A stretch of DNA of 64,000 bases from a virus (taxonomy: Duplodnaviria > Heunggongvirae > Uroviricota > Caudoviricetes): the IMG/VR virus record IMGVR_UViG_3300043119_000318, one strand, 5' to 3'. A program made the position numbers and the translations under genes. The first letter of the stretch is position 1. The number at the start of each line of letters is the position of its first letter. The notes beneath the pieces are model-generated. The model was given only the letters and a program-made list of their open reading frames with translations, was not told where the DNA came from and ran no database searches. Below are positions 1 to 8,659 of this stretch, in pieces.

Positions 1-36
1 AATTTAGCTATTCTTTCTGTTTCCATGGGATAAAGC

Positions 37-627
37 TCACTTATTATAGTTGTTCTGTTGTTCTTTAACCCATTGTTGGAGAGCTTTTAATTGCTCACTT
101 ACTTGGTAATAGGTCGTGTAGTTATCAATTACTGTTTCGGCAACTCCAGAGATTTTAATTTTGGAGGCTCCTTCATCAGGAGCTCTGGTGGTGTCGGGAA
201 CTTCATTTCGACTGGCACTGTCGTGGAGCATGACGAAACCATTAGGCACAGAACAACTGGCATCATCAGCTTTAGTGATGTAAGTTGGAACTTGCTTAAT
301 GATCTCATTACCTTTCTCCTTAACAACTTCTATTTGTTTGATATATTTAGTTACTACCTTGATAGTGGTTTCTGCAGCAGCAGTTTCTTTCTTTTCTGCT
401 TCTAGTTTCGCAGTAGCTATCTTAGCTTCCCATGCTTCTTGATTGGAAATACTACCTTCCATATACACACCAAAGACTAATACAAAGAATGCCAATAAAT
501 TTATTGGCAATGCGTATGTTCTAATGAATGTGATATAGCTGAAGAACTTAGCTACGATTAAACCTAGCAATCCTGATAAAACTGCCAAGTGAAATACCCA
601 AGTTGGTAACCATTCAAGTAGCCACAT
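37..627 (-). CDS. Membrane-anchored protein: N-terminal transmembrane helices followed by a coiled-coil-like region. Possibly spanin- or holin-like. Function unknown.
   Basis: The ORF track shows hydrophobic segments at the N-terminus and an AKxEAEKKE-type coiled-coil segment. No catalytic motif is visible. Confidence 0.3.
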   Translation of the reverse strand: MWLLEWLPTWVFHLAVLSGLLGLIVAKFFSYITFIRTYALPINLLAFFVLVFGVYMEGSISNQEAWEAKIATAKLEAEKKETAAAETTIKVVTKYIKQIEVVKEKGNEIIKQVPTYITKADDASCSVPNGFVMLHDSASRNEVPDTTRAPDEGASKIKISGVAETVIDNYTTYYQVSEQLKALQQWVKEQQNNYNK

Positions 628-630
628 CGC

Positions 631-1152
631 TTAAACTCCTAATGGTTTAGAGCGACGATTCATCTTCTGGTATTTCTTGATATTTTTCTTATCAATCTTT
701 GGCTCATTAGTTGAGACCGCAGCACCAGTAACATTGGCGATACCACCTTCACCTTCTTCATCAAAGAATTTTTTAACTGCAATTTCTTCTTCGACTAGAA
801 TAATACCAGATTCTACTTGCTCTAAGATATCAAAATATCTAGACTCCATTAAGGAAGTTGTCTTATCTTGACTGTTATAATACTCTTTAACAAGAAATAA
901 TGCAGCAATTAAACTCTTTAGTTTCGATTCACCACCAGGAAGTTTATTCAGAATCTTCTTCATGTTGAAAACTAAACGATGCAGATAAGTATAGGAATCA
1001 CGTTCATCGGAAGAATTGAACGTGCTAGACTTCTTAATGTTCATACCCTTTGCATCTATTATTCCTAGTTTATATGCAGCAGTATCTTCAAATGACTGTA
1101 CAAGCATTGAAAGAACACGATACGCTATTAAGTTGTCTACTAATATGCTCAT
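631..1152 (-). CDS. Hypothetical protein.
   Basis: Long minus-strand ORF. Its start overlaps the upstream ORF by 4 nt, suggesting translational coupling. Confidence 0.3.
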   Translation of the reverse strand: MSILVDNLIAYRVLSMLVQSFEDTAAYKLGIIDAKGMNIKKSSTFNSSDERDSYTYLHRLVFNMKKILNKLPGGESKLKSLIAALFLVKEYYNSQDKTTSLMESRYFDILEQVESGIILVEEEIAVKKFFDEEGEGGIANVTGAAVSTNEPKIDKKNIKKYQKMNRRSKPLGV

Positions 1153-1532
1153 TTAATTTTCCTTAAAACTTCTATCACAGTTTCGTCTAGTGCATAATCA
1201 GATGTCACGATGCCATATTCTGGAATAGATTCTGGCATTCTATTTAAAAAGATAAGAAATGTTATCAGAGAATTCCAATGTTCCTTGTCTATCTTATAGA
1301 ATAACATTGAAGTTGCTACATCATCAAATAAATTATAAAGAACGATTATATGGTTTAATATAAGTCGTTCTTTAAGCTCTCCTGATGTTTTATACCTACT
1401 GAATAATTTCTTTAGGTATAAAAATCTTTTTAAATCTTCTTCAAATTCATCTAAAGTATAACATTGAACATTACTGTAATTATGCATTGCGCATAATAAA
1501 AAAGTCGATTCACTTAGGGGATGTTTGATCAT
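1149..1532 (-). CDS. Hypothetical protein.
   Basis: Minus-strand ORF lying directly downstream of a hairpin at 1539-1558. Confidence 0.3.
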   Translation of the reverse strand: MIKHPLSESTFLLCAMHNYSNVQCYTLDEFEEDLKRFLYLKKLFSRYKTSGELKERLILNHIIVLYNLFDDVATSMLFYKIDKEHWNSLITFLIFLNRMPESIPEYGIVTSDYALDETVIEVLRKIK

Positions 1533-1538
1533 GTATAA

Positions 1539-1558
1539 TAAAAATGGGGACGAATCCC
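1539..1558 (-). terminator. Stem-loop with a UUCG tetraloop (8-bp stem), a terminator or RNA-stabilising hairpin.
   Basis: Forward AATGGGGAcgaaTCCCCATT. On the mRNA strand the loop reads UUCG. Confidence 0.5.
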
Positions 1559-1564
1559 CATTTA

Positions 1565-2830
1565 TTAAGCATCCGGATATTGAATATCGTCAGATTGGTC
1601 GCCAGTGATAGATCCCATGGCAACTAAAGTTTCAGTGAATACACGACCAGCGCGACCACCATAACCAACAGTACGACGAACCCATCCAGCATGGGTTAGA
1701 GTAGTTCCGCCGGGACCAGAACCAAGATCAGCAGTAGCTGTCGCTTGATCATCGGTAGCTTGAAGTTCAAAGTACTGTGCATTGTTACCAGTAGCAGTGA
1801 TAATAACGAGTGTGTATGGAGTGAAAGTCAAACCAACAGTTGTTCCAGCAGTAGTAACGATTGCAGTAGTATCTTCGTTGGTCAAAGTGAAACCAGTCAC
1901 ACTTGGAGAAGTGCCAGTGACTGCAGAAACTTCATAGATCTTTGGAGTAGTGTAACCAGTGATAGTTCCAGTGCCAGTTAAAGTACCAGAAACAGAAACG
2001 TGATCACCAACAGCCAGAGTTCCACCGACGCAAGTGAATTGACCAGCGGTGCCAGAAATAGCAACTGTAGATAATGCTGTGCGAGCAGCAGCATCACCGG
2101 CAGTAGGAGCAACACGGAAAGTGTTAGCTGCTAGACCAAGAGCAGAAACGTAGTATGTATTGCCAGAAGTCAATCCTGTAATAGAAGTGCTGCCGCCATT
2201 GTTATACTTTACAACATCACCAGCAACTAAACCGTGTGTTGCATAAGTGTACTGTTCAAGAGAAGTGTCAACGCCAGAAGTAGGAATTACACGAGTTGGT
2301 TTTGCAACAGTAACTGTAGGAACTGAAGTATAGGCAGAACCAACGTTAGTTACAGTGATTGCAGTAACGGCACCGCCAGTCACAGTAGCAGTGGCTGCAG
2401 CAGAAGATCCGCCACCGCCAGAGAAAGTTACAGCTGGAGCAGTTTTATATCTTGTTCCAGCATTACCAACGCCAACTTCAGTGACGTTGTCTCCACCGGC
2501 AGAAATTTCAGTGGCATCAACACCAAAAACAGATGTCGAAGTGCCTGCATTACCGTTGATGCTGATGAATGCTGGTTTCTCAGATAGAGTATAAGATGTT
2601 CCAGAGCTAACAGTAGTCATTGTTGCGCCAGCAGTTCCTGCTCTAACCGTTGCTGCTGTATCAGATGCGATTGCTACGATTTGATAATCTTCACCACTAA
2701 CGCGAATGAAGTTACCGACTTTAGCTTGTGAAGTGAAAGTAGTGCTAGAACCAGTAACAGCACCAGTCGTGCCGTTGATAGCGATAGTTCCGCTTGCTGT
2801 TTTAGAGTCTTGATTTCCCCAAAGTGACAT
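1565..2830 (-). CDS. Thr/Ser/Gly/Ala-rich fibrous protein, probably a virion structural protein.
   Basis: Low-complexity, beta-rich composition typical of phage fibre or Ig-like structural proteins. Its start overlaps the upstream 850-aa ORF. Confidence 0.35.
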   Translation of the reverse strand: MSLWGNQDSKTASGTIAINGTTGAVTGSSTTFTSQAKVGNFIRVSGEDYQIVAIASDTAATVRAGTAGATMTTVSSGTSYTLSEKPAFISINGNAGTSTSVFGVDATEISAGGDNVTEVGVGNAGTRYKTAPAVTFSGGGGSSAAATATVTGGAVTAITVTNVGSAYTSVPTVTVAKPTRVIPTSGVDTSLEQYTYATHGLVAGDVVKYNNGGSTSITGLTSGNTYYVSALGLAANTFRVAPTAGDAAARTALSTVAISGTAGQFTCVGGTLAVGDHVSVSGTLTGTGTITGYTTPKIYEVSAVTGTSPSVTGFTLTNEDTTAIVTTAGTTVGLTFTPYTLVIITATGNNAQYFELQATDDQATATADLGSGPGGTTLTHAGWVRRTVGYGGRAGRVFTETLVAMGSITGDQSDDIQYPDA

Positions 2831-2832
2831 TT

Positions 2833-5385
2833 TTATTCTCCCTTTTTATTTTTATTTGCTGCTTTAGTTGCAGCAGCTTTGGCTCTTGCCGCAGCTGCTA
2901 CTTCAGCAGTACGAGCTTTATATGTAGTGCCAGTAGTTCCAGCTGGACGACCGCGACCACGCTTTACTGGTGGCTCTGCAGTCTTAGTTGGTTCAGCAGC
3001 AGTTTCTGAGCTCTTATCGAAACGACGAGTAGCAATAACACCCTTGCCTGTATCTTTGATGTCGTGTCTTGCGCCAGCACCAGTGAATCGTTTATCGCTA
3101 TTGTCCTTTGAGTAATCTGGCCAAGTAGCTTCCATGAATTCTCTGTAGGTCAGCATTTCTCTGCCTTCTTTCACAGGTGGCTTAGGCTTTGGCTTATTTT
3201 CGTCAGATCGCGATTTTAATGCAGCAGCTGCTCTTTCCTTATGGTATGGCACTTCTCTTTTAGATAGCCCGGTAACTGCAGGATGACCATCAACGAATAC
3301 AGCCCAACTATAATCATCATTACCACCATGCTTACGAGCAGTAATGCGTCCTTCTAGAATTTCTGTATCTGTATACTCGAAGTCATCTAACTCTTCAACT
3401 TCTTCTGGCAATTTACCTTTAGGACCAGCGAGACCACCCATACTCTTAGTCGCTTTCATCTGCATCTTTAAGTGCTCACGATTGCGTTTAACCTCACGTG
3501 CCTTTCCGGCAGGTGTCTTATTAAGAACTACTTGATGGCGGATATTTAATTCATCGCCTTCGTCAATGATTTCTTCAATGATTTCTTCTTCTGTACGAAG
3601 TTTCTTAAAGTCATCGGCATCTAGTTTACCATTCTTGTTTTTATCAAGTTTATGTTGTTTACCTTGAAGTTCTTCTTTAACAGCGCGTTTAGCCTGTAAG
3701 TATGCAGCAATTCCCATCATACGTCGTTTCTCCTTAGATTTGTTTTTAAATTGTGGTGCTTTTGATTTTTGGAAGTCATTGATGTATTCACCAGCACCCA
3801 TAGATGGATCCAACACTTCGTCTAGTTCGGCTTCTTCATGCATTTCGCCGCCGAGATTTTTACTTACGGCAAACTTGTGTGTTTCTCCACCACCGATTTT
3901 ACCACCTTTGTTTGCTTGAAGGTGAATAGCTTTACCATCATTCTTAGTTACAACTCCAGAGATTTTATCACCGGTCTTAGAGTGATAGAAATCCATTTCT
4001 TTACCCTTGGTCATAAACTTAGCCATGGTTGGGTGCATCTTGCTGGCTTGAGCAAACTCGCGGTGATTGACTTCGTTTAGTTCAACTTCTTCTTTATGGA
4101 GTTTAACATTGTTCTTGCGAAGTTGAATAGACTTACTATCACCATAATCTACAGTATAAGTCTTTGGTGCGCCTTTATATAAACCATGACGAATCTCGCC
4201 AACATAACCTTGTTGATCATGATAGTCTTTACCTGGAGCATGGATCTTTACTTTAGAACCAATTTTGATTGCTTCGTCTAGTTCAACTTCTTCTTTCATA
4301 GATGCCTTCTTTCCTTGAGCAGCTTCTTCTGGTGTGTCATGGAACGTAGTACTTTTAACTGGGTGAGTAGAACTACCACCGGCAGCAAAATACTTACCAT
4401 TCTTATGTTTCATGATGTTAGAATGTTTGGTTCCATCTGTGTTGGTTGTATGTCCAACATACGTATGCCCAGCACTAGTTCTGTTTCCATAACTAGATTT
4501 GTTAGGGTGATAAGTGATCCCCTCAGAAACAAACCCATGAGCGTCATCACATACGCAAGGATCATCGTTACAAAGTGGGCATGCAGCAGATTCTTTTTTC
4601 ATAGTACTCGCTGTAAGACTCTTTTCGTGATGATCTTCTGCCTTGGCATACTCACGATCTGCTGAAGAATGACGACCTTTAGATTCGTGCCACTGACCCA
4701 TAGATTCGTGGTGGTTAGACATATGGTGGTGGAATGCAGACATGTCACTAGTCTCTAGTGCTTTAGATGCTTTATCCTTATGCGCAGTAGCCATCTCGTA
4801 GGTGTCTAGAGCTTCTGTCACAACTTCGCTCTGACCAGGAGTCATAAGATCTTTGAACTTCTTCAGCTGCTTCTTACGATCAGCAGCTTGTTCTTCAGTT
4901 TCTTCTTTCATCTTATTAGTTGGAACGCTATTGATTGGCTTCTTGGATGCCTTGTATGCTTTATTCTCTGGCGTACCTTTGATATATTTTTTATCTAGAG
5001 TTGGAGCAACTGGAGCTTGTTCTTTCATACCACGATAGTGATTCAACGCATCTGTATGATTACTCATCTTGGATGCTTCTAAAGCACGTGCATGCATTTT
5101 CTTTGCATGTATTTTTTGTGCTTGTGTTACATTTTTTGACATCATGTCTTTTAAATGTTTTACTGCAATCTTTTTATATATAGTAGCAACATCTGATACT
5201 TCTTCTTTAACAGATTTCATTTTACGATTTTCCTCTTCGTCTTTTTCCTCTTGTTCTTTTTCCTCTTCACCATCTACAGCAGAATTCATAGTGATGTACT
5301 TGTGTGTCTTACGACCAGAGGGAGTGAGCTTATAGTCAGAGCGAGTTAACTCCTCTTTTTCCATTAGTTCTCTAAAAGATTTCAT
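2833..5385 (-). CDS. Large Lys/Glu-rich protein, probably intrinsically disordered. It contains a His-rich patch, an EF-hand-like loop and a C-terminal AT-hook (RGRGRP).
   Basis: The translation shows HHHMSNHHESMGQWH, DKNKNGKLDADDF (EF-hand-like), repeated KEEVELDE units and C-terminal KRGRGRPAGTTG. Confidence 0.4.
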   Translation of the reverse strand: MKSFRELMEKEELTRSDYKLTPSGRKTHKYITMNSAVDGEEEKEQEEKDEEENRKMKSVKEEVSDVATIYKKIAVKHLKDMMSKNVTQAQKIHAKKMHARALEASKMSNHTDALNHYRGMKEQAPVAPTLDKKYIKGTPENKAYKASKKPINSVPTNKMKEETEEQAADRKKQLKKFKDLMTPGQSEVVTEALDTYEMATAHKDKASKALETSDMSAFHHHMSNHHESMGQWHESKGRHSSADREYAKAEDHHEKSLTASTMKKESAACPLCNDDPCVCDDAHGFVSEGITYHPNKSSYGNRTSAGHTYVGHTTNTDGTKHSNIMKHKNGKYFAAGGSSTHPVKSTTFHDTPEEAAQGKKASMKEEVELDEAIKIGSKVKIHAPGKDYHDQQGYVGEIRHGLYKGAPKTYTVDYGDSKSIQLRKNNVKLHKEEVELNEVNHREFAQASKMHPTMAKFMTKGKEMDFYHSKTGDKISGVVTKNDGKAIHLQANKGGKIGGGETHKFAVSKNLGGEMHEEAELDEVLDPSMGAGEYINDFQKSKAPQFKNKSKEKRRMMGIAAYLQAKRAVKEELQGKQHKLDKNKNGKLDADDFKKLRTEEEIIEEIIDEGDELNIRHQVVLNKTPAGKAREVKRNREHLKMQMKATKSMGGLAGPKGKLPEEVEELDDFEYTDTEILEGRITARKHGGNDDYSWAVFVDGHPAVTGLSKREVPYHKERAAAALKSRSDENKPKPKPPVKEGREMLTYREFMEATWPDYSKDNSDKRFTGAGARHDIKDTGKGVIATRRFDKSSETAAEPTKTAEPPVKRGRGRPAGTTGTTYKARTAEVAAAARAKAAATKAANKNKKGE

Positions 5386-5389
5386 AGTA

Positions 5390-5836
5390 TTACCCTATGT
5401 TTTTCATGGAAGCACGTAGCTGCCATGCATGTTTCTTATGTTTGTCTAGTCTGTCTGCAATAAAATTACAAAGACCTTGATTGTTTGCTGCCGTTCCGAG
5501 GCTGAATACTTTATTTAGGCTTTCAATAAGAATATTGTTTGCAGTCATTAGATTAGACAGCATATCAATGATCAGAACTGGACGAGCAGAATCTTCCTCT
5601 AGAGTTTTATACGCATAAAGCTCCATCAAGCTAATGGGAGCATATGCATCTAAAGCACGTAACTCTTCAGCAGTCGGATCAATGGCACCGTAAATGTCGT
5701 TGTATAAATCGCCAAAGAAATCGTGGTATTGGGAGAACATAATTCCCTCGATGTTCCAGTGATAAGATTGAGCTTTGAAGTACATGACGAAATTGTTCGC
5801 CAGTAAAATCTTCATTGCTGCTGTTAGTTCATTCAT
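5390..5836 (-). CDS. Dps/ferritin-like protein (DNA-protection-during-starvation family).
   Basis: A ~150-aa four-helix protein with a Dps-like ferroxidase signature (HWNIEG...F..YHDFF...D). Confidence 0.5.
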   Translation of the reverse strand: MNELTAAMKILLANNFVMYFKAQSYHWNIEGIMFSQYHDFFGDLYNDIYGAIDPTAEELRALDAYAPISLMELYAYKTLEEDSARPVLIIDMLSNLMTANNILIESLNKVFSLGTAANNQGLCNFIADRLDKHKKHAWQLRASMKNIG

Positions 5837-5845
5837 ACTATCTCC

Positions 5846-7621
5846 TTAAATTGCGACAGGTGTGCTGCTCTGAGTATATTTGCTGTGGCTAAGTCTAGCC
5901 TTTTCCATCTTCTTGATTCTTGGCACCATCTTAGTTGCGATGCGGGTTAGAACGTCTTTTCTCTTAGCCAGAGTAGCTTCAATTCTTTCCTTCTCACCAA
6001 CAGACAATTTAGCGACATCACGCCCGCGAACAAGACGCTGCTTGAATAACTTTACAGCCATGCGGCGGGCACGTTTGTTGATAGTTGCAGTGTTTGAGTA
6101 ACGCTTCAATGCTATTCTAGCAGAGCGTTCACGTTTAGCTTTTGTCTTTGCCATGCGAACTTTGGCGCGGATACGTTCTGCACGAGAAAGAACTTCCATT
6201 AGTGCAGCTTCGTTCATACCATCGTCTGGCAATTCTTCTCCGCTTTCGTCGTCGATGACACACAGTTCATCTTCATCGTATGCATCATAGAAGTCTTCAT
6301 CAGATAGAGTATCAATCATGGCGTCAATATCTTCCTCAGAAATATCTGCATGATCAATGTCGTTATGAGTGTCGTATGCACTCATGTCGATGTCATCAGC
6401 TTCTTCCTTGACCGTGGTAGCTTTCTTTGGACCTTTGATAGTACCAACTAGCTTGCTCTTGGTCATGGCAGCTATTGTTGCATTGGAGAATGCGTTGTTT
6501 GATTGATCAGGAACACCAAGCATCTTGGAATCATCAGCCATCTCGGGAGCTTTCTTATCAAACTTGATAGCAGCTTCTTTAATACCGTGTGGCTTTAAGT
6601 GTGCGTCGTAAGAAATACCAACTTCAGTGGCAAGCTCAAGCATCTTGGATAAGATCTTTAGAGCTTCAGCGTTGAGTGGTTTGCTGTTAATTTTACGAAG
6701 AGCGTTATTGACTAACTGCTCTGGAGAACTCATCGACTCAGCATCTTCGTTCCCTAACATGGTAGCAATGATTCGAGCTACTTTGATTTTATCAGAAGTT
6801 TTTAAAGTCTTAGTGGACAACTCTTCAACTAAGGTAACTTCGTGTATCCACTTGGAAACAAGTTTGCCAGAATCTTCTTTAACCAGTAGGTGATTAGTTC
6901 CACGCTTAATAATAGTGTAATGAACTCCTGCAGACTCAACGATGTCTCCAATGTTGAAGATCTCTTCACGGAAATACTTCTCGCGGAGTTCATTTTTAAC
7001 CAGAGAAACATGTTCCTTAATTGGAGCGTGACCCATACCGATTCTAATGTCGTTCATTAGACGACGACCATCAATGTCTCTAAGCGAAGAAGGCAGACCA
7101 CTCTTGAAAGTAGCGTAGTCACCTTTCTCTGCCAGAGCGCGCATCTTAGATGCAGACATTCCAGAAGCATCATCGGCATCTGGATCTCTTTCGCCTGCCG
7201 AAATGACTTGAACGGTATCAAAGTGAAACTCTGTACCGTTGTATTTGTTTAGAATTTTTACGTATTCAGATATACGGTCGCTGCCGGCGACCATAGTGAT
7301 GTTCTTATACTTCTTGTTTAGCTCTTTAGCAGCCTCGATAAAAGTACGAACATTGGCATCGGCAGCAATGAAATGCGTGTGTGGGAACATAAGGTTCAGA
7401 TAGTGAACCTTTTTGTCTACAGGGAGAGGATTTTTCTTTGCATCATTCGAACGAGATGCATAAATGGCATGATCAGCACCCTGAGCGGATGCTAATTTTT
7501 TAACGGCTTTGACGAGTAGCTCATGGCCAATTGTTGGAGGATTGAATCGTCCAAAGGCGAATACTACCGATTTTGAAGGTAATTCTTTTATTAGCTGTTT
7601 GTATCTTTTCATGTTATCCAT
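5846..7621 (-). CDS. Protein with an N-terminal HIGH-family nucleotidyltransferase (cytidylyl/adenylyl-transferase-like) domain and a long C-terminal region with acidic and basic stretches.
   Basis: It carries the FGRFNPPTIGHELL (HxGH) motif and an SASKMRA (ISSTxxR-like) motif as in NMNAT/PPAT-type enzymes. The C-terminal 400 aa have no recognisable motif. Confidence 0.45.
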   Translation of the reverse strand: MDNMKRYKQLIKELPSKSVVFAFGRFNPPTIGHELLVKAVKKLASAQGADHAIYASRSNDAKKNPLPVDKKVHYLNLMFPHTHFIAADANVRTFIEAAKELNKKYKNITMVAGSDRISEYVKILNKYNGTEFHFDTVQVISAGERDPDADDASGMSASKMRALAEKGDYATFKSGLPSSLRDIDGRRLMNDIRIGMGHAPIKEHVSLVKNELREKYFREEIFNIGDIVESAGVHYTIIKRGTNHLLVKEDSGKLVSKWIHEVTLVEELSTKTLKTSDKIKVARIIATMLGNEDAESMSSPEQLVNNALRKINSKPLNAEALKILSKMLELATEVGISYDAHLKPHGIKEAAIKFDKKAPEMADDSKMLGVPDQSNNAFSNATIAAMTKSKLVGTIKGPKKATTVKEEADDIDMSAYDTHNDIDHADISEEDIDAMIDTLSDEDFYDAYDEDELCVIDDESGEELPDDGMNEAALMEVLSRAERIRAKVRMAKTKAKRERSARIALKRYSNTATINKRARRMAVKLFKQRLVRGRDVAKLSVGEKERIEATLAKRKDVLTRIATKMVPRIKKMEKARLSHSKYTQSSTPVAI

Positions 7622-7628
7622 CTATAAA

Positions 7629-7661
7629 AATGACTGTAATACTATTATTTAGTCATTTTAA
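7629..7661 (-). terminator. Hairpin with a 9-bp AT-rich stem downstream of the Gly-rich gene.
   Basis: AAAATGACT-15 nt-AGTCATTTT. Confidence 0.4.
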
Positions 7662-7675
7662 ATTTTCAAGATGCA

Positions 7676-8659
7676 TTAAAACATTAGAAAAAACTTATTA
7701 GAAGCAGATACAACAATGGGAGTATAGGTGATGATCAAAGCACCAATCGATCCTAAACCACCAGTAGAAATAGTAGAAGAAGCTCCACCGCCTCCGCCAC
7801 CACCGTATAAACCGCCAGCACCACCTGTAGTAGTGGTAGTGCCATCGCCGGCACCTCCACCACCACCACCAGAAAATACAGTGGTAGTCGCTGTAACAGT
7901 TATCCCTCCGCCTGCAGTTCCAGAGGTACTTGCAGCACCTCCTGTACCCCCTGCACCGGCACCGGTTCCAGCAGTGCCAGCAGTGGCTGCAGTACTTGAC
8001 CCTGCAGTACCCCCGTTACCACCACCACCACCACGCCCTGTGGTTCCAAGAGTAGTGGTATTTGTGCCGCCTGCACCACCCGCACCATTTGGACCTGCAG
8101 CGCCGCCGCCGCCACCGCCAGCTGCTGTAGTGCTTGTACGACCATTTCCACCGCTAGATTGACTATAAACAAGTTTTGGATAAGATATACGATTATTTTG
8201 ATAGTATACTTCAACGGGAGTATTATCTGTTGATCCACCACCAAACCCACCATTAGTTCCAGTTGCGGATGCTCCGGGATAACATCCTACCCCATTATAG
8301 TACAACACAGCTGTACCATCAGCATCTGTTGTAAATAGTGTAAAAAATGTAAAATTAAACCCACCAACACTGCTGTTAGTGGTGTTTATTGGACTTATTA
8401 TTGCTGTGGGTTGACCGTCTATGGGATTAGGGGTTTGAGAATATAATTTTATAGGAATATTGCTTATACGTGTGTAGGCTCCGCCACCACCACCACCACC
8501 GCTGCGACTTGACAACCCCGCAGCACCATTACCGCCAGCACCATATGCTTCAATCTTATTCGCGTAATCATTCCAGTCTGGAGGGAATGTCCAAGTTTCT
8601 GTGCCTGTAATTATGATCTGTTTATCACCGTTGTCTAGGGTAGTTACTGTTTGCGTCAT
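7676..8659 (-). CDS. Gly-rich structural protein.
   Basis: Poly-Gly/GGxGG tracts. It is coupled to the upstream fibre gene because that gene's stop and this gene's start share position 8659. Confidence 0.45.
   Translation of the reverse strand: MTQTVTTLDNGDKQIIITGTETWTFPPDWNDYANKIEAYGAGGNGAAGLSSRSGGGGGGGAYTRISNIPIKLYSQTPNPIDGQPTAIISPINTTNSSVGGFNFTFFTLFTTDADGTAVLYYNGVGCYPGASATGTNGGFGGGSTDNTPVEVYYQNNRISYPKLVYSQSSGGNGRTSTTAAGGGGGGAAGPNGAGGAGGTNTTTLGTTGRGGGGGNGGTAGSSTAATAGTAGTGAGAGGTGGAASTSGTAGGGITVTATTTVFSGGGGGGAGDGTTTTTGGAGGLYGGGGGGGASSTISTGGLGSIGALIITYTPIVVSASNKFFLMF

Noticed and set aside
7728-8162. Plus-strand 144-aa Pro/Ala/Val-rich ORF.
   Set aside because: It is the antisense reading of the poly-Gly (GGN-rich) minus-strand gene at 7676-8659, and the proline codons are the complement of the glycine codons. 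No signals.
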